This document shows, in pieces, positions 1 through 11,327 of a stretch of 64,000 bases of DNA. Within the stretch, counting starts at the first letter, position 1; each line of letters opens with the position of its first letter. Below the pieces are notes generated by a model. That model was not told where the DNA came from. It was given only the letters and a program-made list of their open reading frames with translations, and ran no database searches. The stretch is taken from positions 65,534,001-65,598,000 of the forward strand of contig NC_043007.1 in NCBI RefSeq assembly GCF_006345805.1, written 5' to 3'. The DNA is from Octopus sinensis. Lineage: Eukaryota. A program made the position numbers and the translations under genes.

Positions 1-139
1 GATTAGCCATAACTTGAATATGGACTGGTCCAATGTTATGTCTTCCCTCATTGCAAAGAGAAGAAAAAGTGTGATAGCAGGATGGTGCATTGGTAGGAGA
101 CAAAGAGAGTGACAAAGTGGATAGAAAAGGAGATGTATT

Positions 140-420
140 ATTATCATTGTCGTTGTTTAACGCCCACCTTCCATGCTGGCAGGAGCTGGCTAGACAGAAG
201 ACTGCACCAGACTTCTTTGTCTGTTTTAGTACAGCTTTTACAGCTGGATGCCCTTCCTAACACCAACTATTCCACAGAGTGGACCAAGTGCTTTTATGTA
301 GCACCAGCACAGGCAAAGTCAGTTTTGTCATGGTTTTTACTGCTGGATACCTTTCCAAATGCCAACCACTTTACAGTGTGGACTGGATGCTTTTAACATG
401 GCACCAGCACTGGCAAGGTC
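140..420. mobile_element. Short interspersed repeat (family with gctggatgcccttcctaacrccaaccactcc core and catcat/gatgat tail)
   Basis: The same core recurs at about 9820-10030, 28350-28750, 29890-30200, 33835-34110, 34975-35130, 37025-37210 and 41110-41290 in both orientations. Confidence 0.65.
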
Positions 421-644
421 ACCAAGCAACTTGCAAGACAAAGATCTTTTGAGAGTGAAAGGGGCATTGGAGGAGGTGATCTTGTGTCAGATGATGAAAG
501 GTTAGAGTGTATGTAGATACTTAATATGAATATAATAATTGGCTGAGGATCATATGTAGCTATTACACATCCCAATCACCATCACAGTCAACAATTTTAT
601 AGTCTTTTTTCTATGCTTGTATAATTTGAGCAGGCAATTAACCA

Positions 645-800
645 CAGTCCTTTATCATCTCCTTTGTGACATTCAACCTCATGGGGGTCTATTCTCTTCA
701 CTTTGCACCATATTCTTGGTCTCTCTCTTCAACAGTTTCCTTCCACTTTGAGTGCACGACACCTGTTTGTGAATCTGGATCCTTCCACATGCTGTCACAG
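645..800 (-). mobile_element. Decayed RTE-type LINE 3' fragment
   Basis: The minus strand reads QHVEGSRFTNRCRALKVEGNC*RERPR, resembling the RTE C-terminal VEGxRxRGRPR motif. Confidence 0.4.
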
Positions 801-928
801 TACTTTATGTGTGTGTGTGTTTGTTTGTGCTTGTACAATTGAATAAACAAGTGAAAATAAGTTATATAGATTCATATGAATTGTTAATTTTGAAAATGCC
901 TGTTTTTCTTTCTGTTAATGAATGCTAG

Positions 929-1074
929 GTTTCATGCAAAAGTTTAAATATTTCGGCTGAAGATACTCAGGATTTATACAAGAGTTTTGGTGATTTCCAA
1001 TCTCCAGAAATGGATTCAAACAGCTTGAAGTTTCCTATTGATTCCCAGGCATCACCTATGCTGGATGAACAAGG
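929..1074 (+). CDS. CLSPN: Claspin coding exon (VSCKSLNISAEDTQDLYKSFGDFQSPEMDSNSLKFPIDSQASPMLDEQG)
   Basis: tag acceptor at 927-928 and gttagt donor at 1075. The peptide resembles the human claspin EDTQDLY...LLDADGF segment. Confidence 0.88.
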
Positions 1075-1119
1075 GTTAGTATTGAACTAGGATTTCATTT
1101 GTTTTTGTTTCATTAACGA

Positions 1120-1840
1120 AATCCTAACTGGCTAACAATAGTTATTTTTTACTAAATTCATCATTATTTTTAAAACTAATTAAAACAAAGCAGTGTATTT
1201 CAACAGATATATAATAACAAAAGGGTTAACCCTTTTGATACCAACCCACCTGAGACAGCTTTTGATTGTTTTAACCCTTTAACATTCAAATTACTCTGTC
1301 AAATTTATTCGCATTGATTTGAATTAGTCCTGCATTATCTTTTAGCTTTGAGATTTCAATAACATGATTGTTTATTTTTAGAATGACATTGTAGGTTAAG
1401 TGTGAGAGGTCAGATCTGGCCACTTTTGAAGATTAAATAGATAGGTTATTTTGGCCAGATATGGCTGGTTTAAATGCTAAAGGGTTACAGAGGTCTGAAT
1501 TAAAACCTTCCATCAAAATTTCATGTTAGCATTCAAGCCATTCTGTCAAATGTAATGCTTATTTATTTATTCACATTGTTTTGAATTAATAACATATTAT
1601 CTTGTAGCTTCAAGATTTCAATGATGTAGTATTTTAATTTTAAAATGTCATTATAGAGTAGGGGTGAGGGGCTGGATCTGGCCAGTGTGATCATAAAGCA
1701 GGTAAAAATTTTGAATGGATATGGTTGGTTTAAATGCTAAAGGCTTAATTTATGTTTAGCTTAATAATGACTTATTTTATTGAATTCTTTATTTCTTACA
1801 AAATTAATTGAAACAAAAGCAGTGTACTTCAACAGAACGA
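1120..1840. mobile_element. Nested cluster of TTAA-flanked (piggyBac-like) MITEs
   Basis: Termini ttaaccctt...aagggtta. Two copies of one MITE family (about 1273-1488 and 1525-1748) interrupt a copy of a second family whose ends recur at 20886-21110. Confidence 0.6.
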
Positions 1841-2104
1841 AGCTAACCAGAGAATCTCCATTCCTCCATAGAACATTACAAAATACTGATATTTTATTTG
1901 AAATTCTTCTGCTGCCATCCTTCCAATCTCCTGGGCCAGAATATTTGTTGTGAAGTTCACTTTAAATTATTAGGAGTTTCTTCCTCTGTTCAGTAATGAA
2001 TTGCAGTTTTAATGGTGCGATGTTGTTGTGAGATTTCTAGCCGCTGTCTCCTCTACGTTAAATTTTCTGCATTTGTAGTAAATGGACATATTTGAATATT
2101 TCAG

Positions 2105-2229
2105 ATTTCTGCGAGTTAAGTCTTTGGGTGTGACGACCCACCAGCCTAAGCGTTCAGCACTGGACTCATTGTGTGATACTCAGGACAATATGGATGATGT
2201 TATTGGATTATGCTCTGGACAGTTTGCAG
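2105..2229 (+). CDS. CLSPN: Claspin coding exon with the Chk1-binding repeat (FLRVK...DNMDDVIGLCSGQFA)
   Basis: tttcag acceptor and gtatat donor; phase 2 to phase 1; matches the ExxxLC(S/T)GxF consensus. Confidence 0.92.
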
Positions 2230-2543
2230 GTATATATTTGGTTTTCTAATCGTCCATTTGTCATGTATGGCTGTGCAACAAGCATGTATACATGTGCAAA
2301 CACACACACATGCTCACACATATTTATATTTATATCTATTTATATGCATACATTATATACCTTGGAATAGGCACAGCCCTGTGGTTAAGAAGTCTGCTTT
2401 AGAACCCTGTGGTTTAGGGTTCATTCTCTGTGTATGGGTGGTGTTAGCTGGTACCTTCCACTTCAGCTGTAGGTTGCCCAATGCTTTGTAACTGAATTTA
2501 TCTGAGAAACTGGAACTGAAAGAAGCCTGCCACACACACTCTT

Positions 2544-2574
<31 letters not shown>

Positions 2575-2829
2575 CACACTCACACACACACACACACACA
2601 CATGCTAATGTCAAACCGTGAGAACGAGTGCTCGACACTGCTTTGTTGGGTAAATATTTTTTTATTTGTGGGTAAAGAAGGCTACCATTGGTTTTATGTT
2701 GAGAAGTCTCTGCAATTATCAAACCTATCACACAGGACATAAAAAATTTATTGCTGATTTAAAATAGGTAAGTTTTGTTGAAATTTTATCATAATTTTCT
2801 TTTACTTTGTTTTTTGTTCTGAACCTTAG

Positions 2830-2908
2830 AAGCCGCTGAAGAACGAACCAAATCGTGCCGAACTCTTTTCAATGACAGTATTAACTTTAACTCACAGTTT
2901 CCACTCAG
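2830..2908 (+). CDS. CLSPN: Claspin coding exon (AAEERTKSCRTLFNDSINFNSQFPLS)
   Basis: Polypyrimidine tract plus ttag acceptor and CAG/gtaatc donor. Phase 1 to phase 2 bridges the flanking exons, but the peptide is poorly conserved. Confidence 0.72.
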
Positions 2909-3469
2909 GTAATCTTTTAATTTTTTGTCCTGAGGTACTACCTTGAATGGTGTATGTGAACAAATTGACCCCAAAAAGTGATAGTATGTTGTCAACTTAC
3001 TGTGACAGTCCCATAAAAGGGAAGAACACTACCGTTATTTAGCCCTAGGAAACACCGTTTTCTGTTGGACTTGACACATTTCCTGTGTCTTTATGTTTTC
3101 AAAGTGGAAACAAGTACCTCCACCCAGCAAAGCCAGCATCCAGGGACTAGTTTCAGAGTCATTGCTCATCATCAGTCTGGAGTAGCATGGCTTGCTAGCT
3201 GTCAATGCTTTTGAAAACATATATATTTTAAGTGAAATACATTCACTAATTTTTGAAAATAGAAATAATACATTTCTAAATTGACCCCAGTTCCAATTTT
3301 CTCAAAGTCTGGTACTTACACCATTGATCCTTTTACCAGACTGCTCAGTTATGGGGATGTAAACAAACCAACATCAGTTGTCAAGCAATGGTGAAGGTCA
3401 TACACAAATATACACTCATAGATACATGAATATATACATATATATATATATAAATATATATATATATGA

Positions 3470-3607
3470 GAGAAGAGCTACCTTTGTTGGTAGCTAAGGG
3501 CCTCTCCCTCAGAGTGAAAAGCAGATTGTATGATGCCTGTGTATGTACTGTTATGTTATATGGCAGTGAAACATGGGCTTTGACTACAGAGGACTTGCAA
3601 AAGCTTG
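3470..3607 (+). mobile_element. RTE LINE relic, left part (interrupted by the Gypsy element)
   Basis: Reads ELPLLVAKGLSLRVKSRLYDACVCTVMLYGSETWALTTEDLQKL; LYGSETW is the RTE post-RT motif. Confidence 0.8.
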
Positions 3608-4180
3608 TGTAGTGGATGCGTGGATGTATTAATAAATACATAAGTGCTTTGTAATAAATTAAAGATTTATTATCACTACATCCATTTGTAAGCAATGTTA
3701 CACATCGCTTGTACAAAATGCATATTAAATAGTGGTTGCAAATAATACATATTAAAGGAATGCATAATACAGGATACACATTAAAGCAGAATATGTTTGA
3801 TGGTGCGTGTGTGTAAATCATGCATGACAGAGTCACCTTTCTGATTATTCTTTCGTCGTCCTCATAAATGCGTGTCGTTCTCTTAAACGTTGGTTCGGGT
3901 TCTCTCTAGATACCTATTTCTCCGTTCTATTTATAACATCTCAAATAGCCAGAAAAATAGATATACCGCAAGAGTGTTATTGCGTACAGTAGGTCGCTGG
4001 TCGTCCTGTTAAACTTCGCCTGACCTGCTCGGGTCAGAGGTCGAAGGGAGACGATCCATCATTTTTTGTCAGAACAAAGAGATTCTGATTTCGCGCCTTT
4101 GTGCATTGGTATTTTACGACCAATGATTCTTGGGTCTGATTTCGAATCCAAGCTTTGAGAAGGAAGTGCTAATTCTTACA
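3608..4180 (-). repeat. 3' LTR (573 bp)
   Basis: Starts tgtagtgg and ends cttaca; adjoins the PPT; matches the other LTR except for three indels. Confidence 0.97.
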
Positions 4181-4193
4181 CTACCCCCCTTCT
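4181..4193 (-). promoter_or_regulatory. Polypurine tract
   Basis: Minus strand AGAAGGGGGGTAG immediately precedes the TG of the 3' LTR. Confidence 0.9.
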
Positions 4194-4723
4194 AGTGAGA
4201 AAGCCACAGAGATCGAACGATATTGGAAATGTATTATTATTATTATTTTTATTATTATTTTTTTTTTTTTTTACACATTGAACGATAAAAATATGGATGA
4301 AAGGTTTACAATTTGTATGTGCTATATGGTGGGCAATATGTATATGTGCCCAGGCAGAATTATGTTGGCGCGTTGAAAGAGATGTGCGTCTATTGATTAC
4401 TCGACCTACTAGAGGTCTAAAAGAGACAAGGTATCTTTCAGTGGAGAAAAAAAAAATCGAGTGATAGCACGCATGAGAACAAGATTTGTAAATGTGTGTG
4501 GATATACAGTTAGCAAAAAAATATATTTATGAGAAAGCAAACATTTTGAAAAGAAAACAAAAAATATGTACATGCAAAAATGAAAGAAATGTTCATCGGC
4601 AAAGTTCGATTTTGAAATGTTCCGTAAAAGTTCATACAGACAGTTTTTGTTTTCATTTTTTTTTTCTTTACGTACACAAATGTTCTTTGATTTCTCTGGG
4701 TGGGTGATGCAGTTATGTGTTCA

Positions 4724-7700
4724 CTAGGAAGATGGATACGTTAGGAGTTCAGAACTTACCCGAAAAACTTGCACAAACCTTGCTGGCCATCGAACTGTTC
4801 TTCCTGATTTGGTGTGTCGGGGTTGTGCAGCATCTGTGGTGTTCGCTGGAGTTGCCGAGTCTGTTTGAGGAAAAGAGGGGACTGAATGTAAGTCCTCCTC
4901 GATGAAAGCTTTTTTTAAACGATCAATCGAGACCGTATTTCGTTTACCTCCAATATCGAGGACGAAATACTCGGGTTCTCTTTTGATGACCTTGTAGGGC
5001 CCGGAATATGGTGGTCGAAGTTGAGAGGGTATCCCATCATTCCTCACGAAGACATGAGTCCATGTGTTGATATCTTTTGGGACACGTGAAACGACGTTCT
5101 GTTGTCTGGGGCCTGAGGGTGATACTTGTGACATGGATGTTCGTAATCGGTGCACATATTGTTGTGGGTCAGGGAAGTTTTGTGAAACAGGTTCGATCAT
5201 CTGCCCAGGTAAGGTGAGTGTTGTGCCATAAACGAGTTCGGCTGGAGTATATCCCAGTTCTTCCTTAATCGTGGATCGAATTCCAGGAGGATGAGAGGGA
5301 GATGTTCCAACCAGTGAGAACTGTCTGGAGCTGCTTTTATAGATGCCTTGAGTTGGCGGTGAAAGCGTTCCACCATGCCATTTGCTGCAGGGTGGTAAGC
5401 TGTAGTGCGGGTGTGTTTACACCCAGGAGACGAGTCAGCTCGGTGAAAAGGTGGGAATCGAACTGACGTCCTCTGTCGGTGGTAATTGTTGCGGGTGTTC
5501 CAAAACGCGAAACCCATTGTGATATCAGCGTTTTAGCGACCGTTTCTGCTGATATATCAGATAGGGGCCAGGCTTCGGGCCATCGCGAGAACCTATCTAC
5601 GCAAGTTAGCAAATATGAATAGTTCTGCGAAGGTGGCAGGGGTCCAACGATATCAATGTGAACGTGCTGAAATCGTGCATCGGGCTGCGAAAATGAACCG
5701 ATTGGTGATTTTATGTGCCGGTGGATTTTCGCTTTTTGGCACGCAACACAGCACTTGGTCCATTCTCTGATATCCTTGTTGATACTGGTCCACACAAAAC
5801 GGGTCGATATTAGCTTTTGAGTGGCGCGAATACCAGGATGTGACAGAGAATGTAGAGCGGAGAAAACTTCTCGACGATATTTCTGTGGTACATAAGGGCG
5901 TTGGTAACCAGTGGAAATATCACACCATATATGGGCTGTGGATGATGGTAGTGGAACATGCTGAAATTGCAGAGATGACGAATTCCGGAGCTTTAGAAGT
6001 TCTTCGTCATTCTCCTGGTCAGCTGCTATACGTGCCAGATCAATTGTAGACGTGGTGTGGATAGCATTGATCTGCGCACGTGAAAGTGTATCAGCTGCCA
6101 CGTTGGTCGTCCCTTTGATGTGGCGTATATCCGTCGTGTACTGCGATATGAAGTCGAGGTGACGAATTTCTCTCGGCGAATGGCGATCCGGTTTGGTGTT
6201 AAATGCGTATACTAATGGCTTGTGGTCGGTATATATGGCAAAATTGGTACCTTCTAGCATATGACGGAAATGCTTAACGGCCAGGTATGCCGCCAATAAT
6301 TCCCGACTGAATGTGCTGTATTTGGTTCCGCGGTTTTTAACCGCTTAGAAAAGAAAGACAACGGTTGCCATATACCGTCAACAAGCTGTTGTAGCACACC
6401 TCCGATTCCGGAATCGGATGCATCAACGAGTAAACATCGTGGGGCGTCTGGTTTTGGATAAACCAACATGGTAGCGCTAGATAACGCTTTTTTCAGGGCA
6501 GCGAAAGAAACGAGTTGATCTTCGGTCAGAGCTATATCTGCGTTTTTGCAGGTTCGCTGACGTAGCAAATCCGTGAGCGGTTGCGCTATTTCAGCGAGGT
6601 GGGGCACGAACCGTCGATAGAAATTCGCTAGACCGAGATATTCCCTTAATTTGCGGAGAGATGTGGGTGGTGGAAAATCCACGATGGCCTTGACTTTCTC
6701 GGGAAAGGGGACGAATTCCATTTTTATCGACTATATGGCTGAGAAAATGAAGGGAAGCAACTCCGAACAAACATTTAGTAGGGTTGATAACAATTCCAAA
6801 TTGACGTAGTCGTCCGAATAGCAGGTGAAGGTGTTGATTATGCTCTTCGTCCGAGTTACTGGCCACGAGTATGTCGTCTATGTAGGCATAGACGAAAGGC
6901 AAACCTCTAGTCACCATGTCGATAAACCTTTGGAATGTCTGTGCCGCGTTTCGTAAACCGAAAGGCATACGCAGGAATTCAAACATTCCGAAAGGTGTAG
7001 TCACTGCTGTCTTTGAGATGTCTGCAGGTTCGACTGGGATTTGGTTGTATGCTCGCACCAGGTCGATTTTTGAAAAGATGCGAGCTCCATGCAGCGAGCT
7101 CGAAAAGTCCTGAAGAAAAGGCACCGGATAGGCATCACTGATAGTGCTTTATTCAGTGATCGATAATCGCCGCAAACCCGCCAATCGGTCGATGATTTTT
7201 TTGGGACGCAGTGTATCGGCGAGGACCAGTTGCTGCTGGAAACGCGGATGATTCCGAGGTCGAGCATGTGCTGGAATTCCCGCTTGACGGCCTGGAGACG
7301 ATCAGGTGGTAACCTTCTGGGCCTTGCAGCAACAGTGGACCGCTGGTTTTGATGTGGTGGGTAACGTCGTGCTTTATCGGCTGGTTATGAAAAACTGGCC
7401 GGGCGACATCTGGATAATCATTCAGGATGGAACTGTGACGAGTCGTTGTCGTAAGCATTACAGTTGGGCTGACTGTGTCCATTCGAGGGCTATACCGCGC
7501 ACAGTAAGCTTGGTGGTGGTGTCGACAAGTCGTCTGTTCTTTATGTCTACCAGGAGACCGAAATGATGCAGGAAATCGGCTCCTAAGATAGGGGTCGGCA
7601 GTTTAGCGACGACGAATACCCACTGAAATGTGCGGCGTAGTCCTATGTTTAATGTTAGGGACTGTTCACCGTAGGTTGGAATGGGTGAATGGTTGACTGC

Positions 7701-7886
7701 CTGAAGACAGACTGATGTCTCTTTTCTTTTTCCAGAAGTGTTGGAGACTGGGATGATGCTGACTTCCGCACCTGTGTCAACCAGGAAACGCGTGCCTGTT
7801 ACACGATCGCAAACGAAAAACAGGCGACTGTGTGGGTGCGAACCAGGAATTTCCGTCGCGTTCAATTCCTGGCTGTGCCGTTTCCC
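4724..7886 (-). CDS. pol: Gypsy Pol: protease, RT, RNase H, integrase (seven 1-nt breaks in this sequence)
   Basis: [10 protein letters not shown] (protease), YIDDILVAS (RT), LVDASD/TDHKPL/ADTLSR (RNase H), HHCC plus [22 protein letters not shown] (integrase), PPYSGPYKV (GPY/F). Confidence 0.93.
7824..7886 (-). promoter_or_regulatory. Programmed -1 ribosomal frameshift signal (gag-pol)
   Basis: G GGA AAC heptamer in the gag frame (7886-7880), a 7-nt spacer, then the 9-bp stem CCAGGAATT/AATTCCTGG; the -1 frame is the pol frame. Confidence 0.8.
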
Positions 7887-8736
7887 GAACTGGGTGAGGA
7901 AAACGAGCACGGTACCGTACATTTTTGTGCCCGTGTTCCGAATGTTCGGTGGTACCAACACGTGTCATGTGAGTTTCGGGTAGCACTGGGGCTTCGAGAC
8001 CGTCTGCCATCTCGTCGAGATCGGCTGGTGCTTCGACGCTGGGGACTAAACTTTAGGGCTTGTATTTGGGCTGTGAGAATTTGTATTTGCGCAGCTTGCT
8101 GCGTCATTAATGCACGCAAATCCGAAATCTCTGAAGAACTGGTTTGTGCACGGAAAGGATTGGTACTGGGAGCGGCTGGCGTCACCGTCGATACCGTTGG
8201 ATATCTGTGCGGTACTTCGGCTATTTTGTCAGCTAGCTCCGCCAGTTCTTCAAGGGATGTGTTTTCTCTGGTGGACGCGAGAACAACCTGGGTATTGGAG
8301 GGCAGACGCTGGAGAAAAAGTTGCTTGAAGATTTTTTCTGGGAGCGTCTCATCTCCGAGAAGCTGTTTCATTCTCCGAAGAAGCTGGGACGGCGTTTTGT
8401 CACCCAATTCTTCCGATATCAGAAGCTGGTGAAGTCTTTTTTGTTGGGATTCTGAGGTTCTGTTTATTAACGTGGTTTAAAAACTTCATATGAAACAGAA
8501 CCGGGTGGTGCCATGATAAGGTCGCGTATCACGTTCGTTATTTCTGGTGACAGAGAACTGATAACGTGAGAAAGTCGAGCCGCATCGCTCGATATTCTGT
8601 GAGAGGCAAACTGTGCCTCTATATGGTGAAACCACAATGTCGGGTCGTGTGTCCAGAATGGTGGAATTTTTAACGAGATCGCCGCTTGGAATGCCATGTC
8701 GATGTTGGCCGCTGGTTTTTGTTCCGGGAGATTCAT
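7862..8736 (-). CDS. gag: Gypsy Gag (one 1-nt break at about 8476-8478)
   Basis: LKIPPFWTHDPTLWFHHIEAQF N-terminal motif, LGDKTPSQLLRRM, and C-X2-H-X9-C-X3-C (CWYHRTFGTRAQKCTVPC). Confidence 0.9.
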
Positions 8737-8841
8737 TGTTTTTGTCGGAATTTTCAGTTGCTTCGTTGCTGGTGATGTGCAAACTGTAATTCTTCGACGC
8801 GGTTGATGAAGCTGGTTCCAGGGAAGGCGCGATTCGTTTTA

Positions 8842-8852
8842 CGGGGTCACCA
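8842..8852 (-). promoter_or_regulatory. Primer-binding site complementary to the tRNA-Trp 3' end
   Basis: Minus strand TGGTGACCCCG lies 2 nt inside the 5' LTR and matches the first 11 nt of the known tRNA-Trp PBS (TGGTGACCCCGACGT). Confidence 0.88.
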
Positions 8853-8854
8853 AA

Positions 8855-9438
8855 TGTAGTGGATGCGTGGATGTATTAATAAATACATAAGTGCTTTGTA
8901 ATAAATTAAAGATTTATTATCACTACATCCATTTGTAAGCAATGTTACACATCGCTTGTACAAAATGCATATTAAATAGTGGTTGCAAATAATACATATT
9001 AAAGGAATGCATAATACAGGATACACATTAAAGCAGAATATGTTTGATGGTGCGTGTGTGTGCGTGTGTGTAAATCATGCATGACAGAGTCACCTTTCTG
9101 ATTATTCTTTCGTCGTCCTCATAAATGCGTGTCGTTCTCTTAAACGTTGGTTCGGGTTCTCTCTAGATACCTATTTCTCCGTTCTATTTATAACATCTCA
9201 AATAGCCAGAAAAATAGATATACCGCAAGAGTGTTATTGCGTACAGTAGGTCGCTGGTCGTCCTGTTAAACTTCGCCTGACCTGCTCGGGTCAGAGGTCG
9301 AAGGAGACGATCCATCATTTTTTGTCAGAACAAAGAGATTCTGATTTCGCGCCATTTTGTGCATTGGTATTTTACGACCAATGATTCTTGGGTCTGATTT
9401 CGAATCCAAGCTTTGAGAAGGAAGTGCTAATTCTTACA
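8855..9438 (-). repeat. 5' LTR (584 bp)
   Basis: Matches the 3' LTR apart from a 10-bp tandem duplication (tgcgtgtgtg), a 1-bp deletion and a 2-bp insertion; adjoins the PBS. Confidence 0.97.
9186..9192 (-). promoter_or_regulatory. Candidate LTR TATA box (TATAAAT)
   Basis: About 250 nt into the 5' LTR on the element strand; a minus-strand AATAAA lies near the far end of each LTR. Motif evidence only. Confidence 0.35.
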
Positions 9439-9442
9439 CTTG

Positions 9443-9760
9443 TAAGAAATGAAGCTAGCATATTCTGCTGGATGGGTGTTGTCATTGTGCTTGCACGTCA
9501 GAGTGTAAATGATCTATAAAGAAAACTGGGTATAAGAGGTATGAGATGTTGTGTGCAAGAGAGAAGACTGTGCTTATTTTTGGTCATGTGATGCATATGG
9601 ATGAGGACAGCTGTATAAAGAAGTGCCTGGGTAGACCCAGGAAGGCATGGGACGAAGTGGTGAGAAAGGATTTTGAGACAATGGACCTCGCTGAAGAAAT
9701 GACAAGGGTCTGGGTGATATGGCGATTTGTTGTACTCGATAAGACATGTCAAGCTAAATA
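9443..9760 (+). mobile_element. RTE LINE relic, right part
   Basis: The frame continues after the element is removed (VRNEASIFCW...QERRL...GHVMHMDEDSCIKKC...RPRKAWDEVVRKD). Confidence 0.8.
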
Positions 9761-11327
9761 AAGTCGCTGTTTTCCACACATAAAAGCTTGTTCTTTCAGG
9801 TGTCGGTGCCACTTAAAATGCACCCATGCTGGTGCTGCATAAACACGCATGTGCCAGTGGCATGTAAAAAGCACCCATCATACTCTAGTAAGTCGTTGGT
9901 ATTAGGAAGGGAATCCAGCCATAGAAACCATGCCACAACAGACAGTTGGAGTCCTGACAGCTCCCTGCTAGTCAGCTCCATGTCAAACTGTCCAACCCAT
10001 TCCAGCATGGAGACCGGATGTTAAATGATGATGATATTTATGTACCTGATGAGCTTCTTTCAATTTCTGTCTACCAAATCTACTCACAAGGCTTTGATTA
10101 GCTTGGGGCTATACTAGAAGACACTTGCCCAAGGTGCCATGCAGTGGGACTGGACCTAAAACCATGTGTTTGGGAAACAAACTTCTTACCATACAACCAT
10201 GCCTTTGCCTATTAAAAAGTGTATTGGATGATGCTAGTGGTTTCAGATTTGGCAGAATCTAGACGATTGATCTGAAACAAAGCAACCACATGCCTAACCT
10301 CACACACAGTAATACTGCTTATTCATTATTATTTCTTTTCTGTATGCGTGTAAAAGAAATTATCAATTAGCATGGCGATTATTATACTAATTGATAATTT
10401 CTTTGACAGTAGTATAACTCTGTTTGTTTATCATGTCCAGGATTCTGAATAGCTGTGGTCGGTCCATTGTTATTATTCTTAGGATTATAATTGTTACTAT
10501 GTCATTAAGAATTGTCATTGCTTTGCTGTGACTAGCTGAATTGTTACACTTATTTGGAATTCATTGCTGTCAATAATGCATTTCATTTCACTACAGTTTG
10601 TTGTCAATATTGTATTTTTACACTACATTCTGTTACACCTTAACTTTTATTTTTAATTATATTAATTTTCAAATGTAGAAGTGAATAAATGGCAAGAGAA
10701 TTGTTGGCTGACATATCTTTTATCTTTTACTTGCTTCACTCATTAAGTTGCGGCCATGCTGGAGCACTGCCTTGAGGAATTTTTAGTCAAATGAATCGAC
10801 CCCAGCACTTTTTTGTTAAAGCCTGATATTTATTCTATTGGTCTTTTTTGTCGAACTGCTAAATTATGGGGACATAAACGCACCAACACCAGCTGTCAAG
10901 CGGTGGTGGGTGACAAAAACATACACACACAGAACATTGTTCTTTCAGTTTTCATCTACAAAATCCATTCACAAGGGTTTGGTTGGCCTGAGGCTATAGT
11001 AGAAGACACTTGCCCAAGGTGCCACACCGTGGGAGTGAACACGGAGCAACATGAAATGAAGTGTTTTGCTTAAGAACGCAACACATCGCCTAGTCCAGGA
11101 ACTGAAACCACAATCTTGAGATCGTGAGTCCAACACCTTAACCACTTAGTCATGTGCCTCCACATACCATTGTAGAAAGAGACTTCATTGTGCACATTAC
11201 ATCATCAACAACATATTTGCCCCTCTTAGCTGCTATGTGTTGGATGGGTGTTTTTGAAGTTTTGTTTTATGACCAGGTGCTTTTTCTGACTCCAACCATT
11301 TTTATTTGCCTCTTATGACATAAATGA

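Larger units (their letters stand above)
3608..9438 (-). mobile_element. Full-length Gypsy/Ty3 LTR retrotransposon, CsRn1-like lineage
   Basis: TG...CA LTRs at 3608-4180 and 8855-9438; TSD CTTG at 3604-3607 and 9439-9442; tRNA-Trp PBS; PPT; domain order gag-PR-RT-RH-IN; CHCC Gag motif. Confidence 0.97.

Noticed and set aside
3120-3195. C/D snoRNA-like TGATGA...CTGA on the minus strand
   Set aside because: It is antisense to the host transcript, the boxes are too close together, and there is no convincing terminal stem.
3625-3660. Sense-strand AATAAA hexamers in the LTRs as premature claspin poly(A) sites
   Set aside because: AATAAA is frequent throughout these AT-rich introns, and nothing distinguishes these copies.
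4194-4723. env-like third ORF in the Gypsy element
   Set aside because: No minus-strand ORF is present; the 71-aa plus-strand ORF is low-complexity and antisense to the element.
10355-10403. 15-bp inverted repeat (gaaattatcaattag...ctaattgataatttc)
   Set aside because: It is a real but isolated AT-rich hairpin with no associated element or motif.
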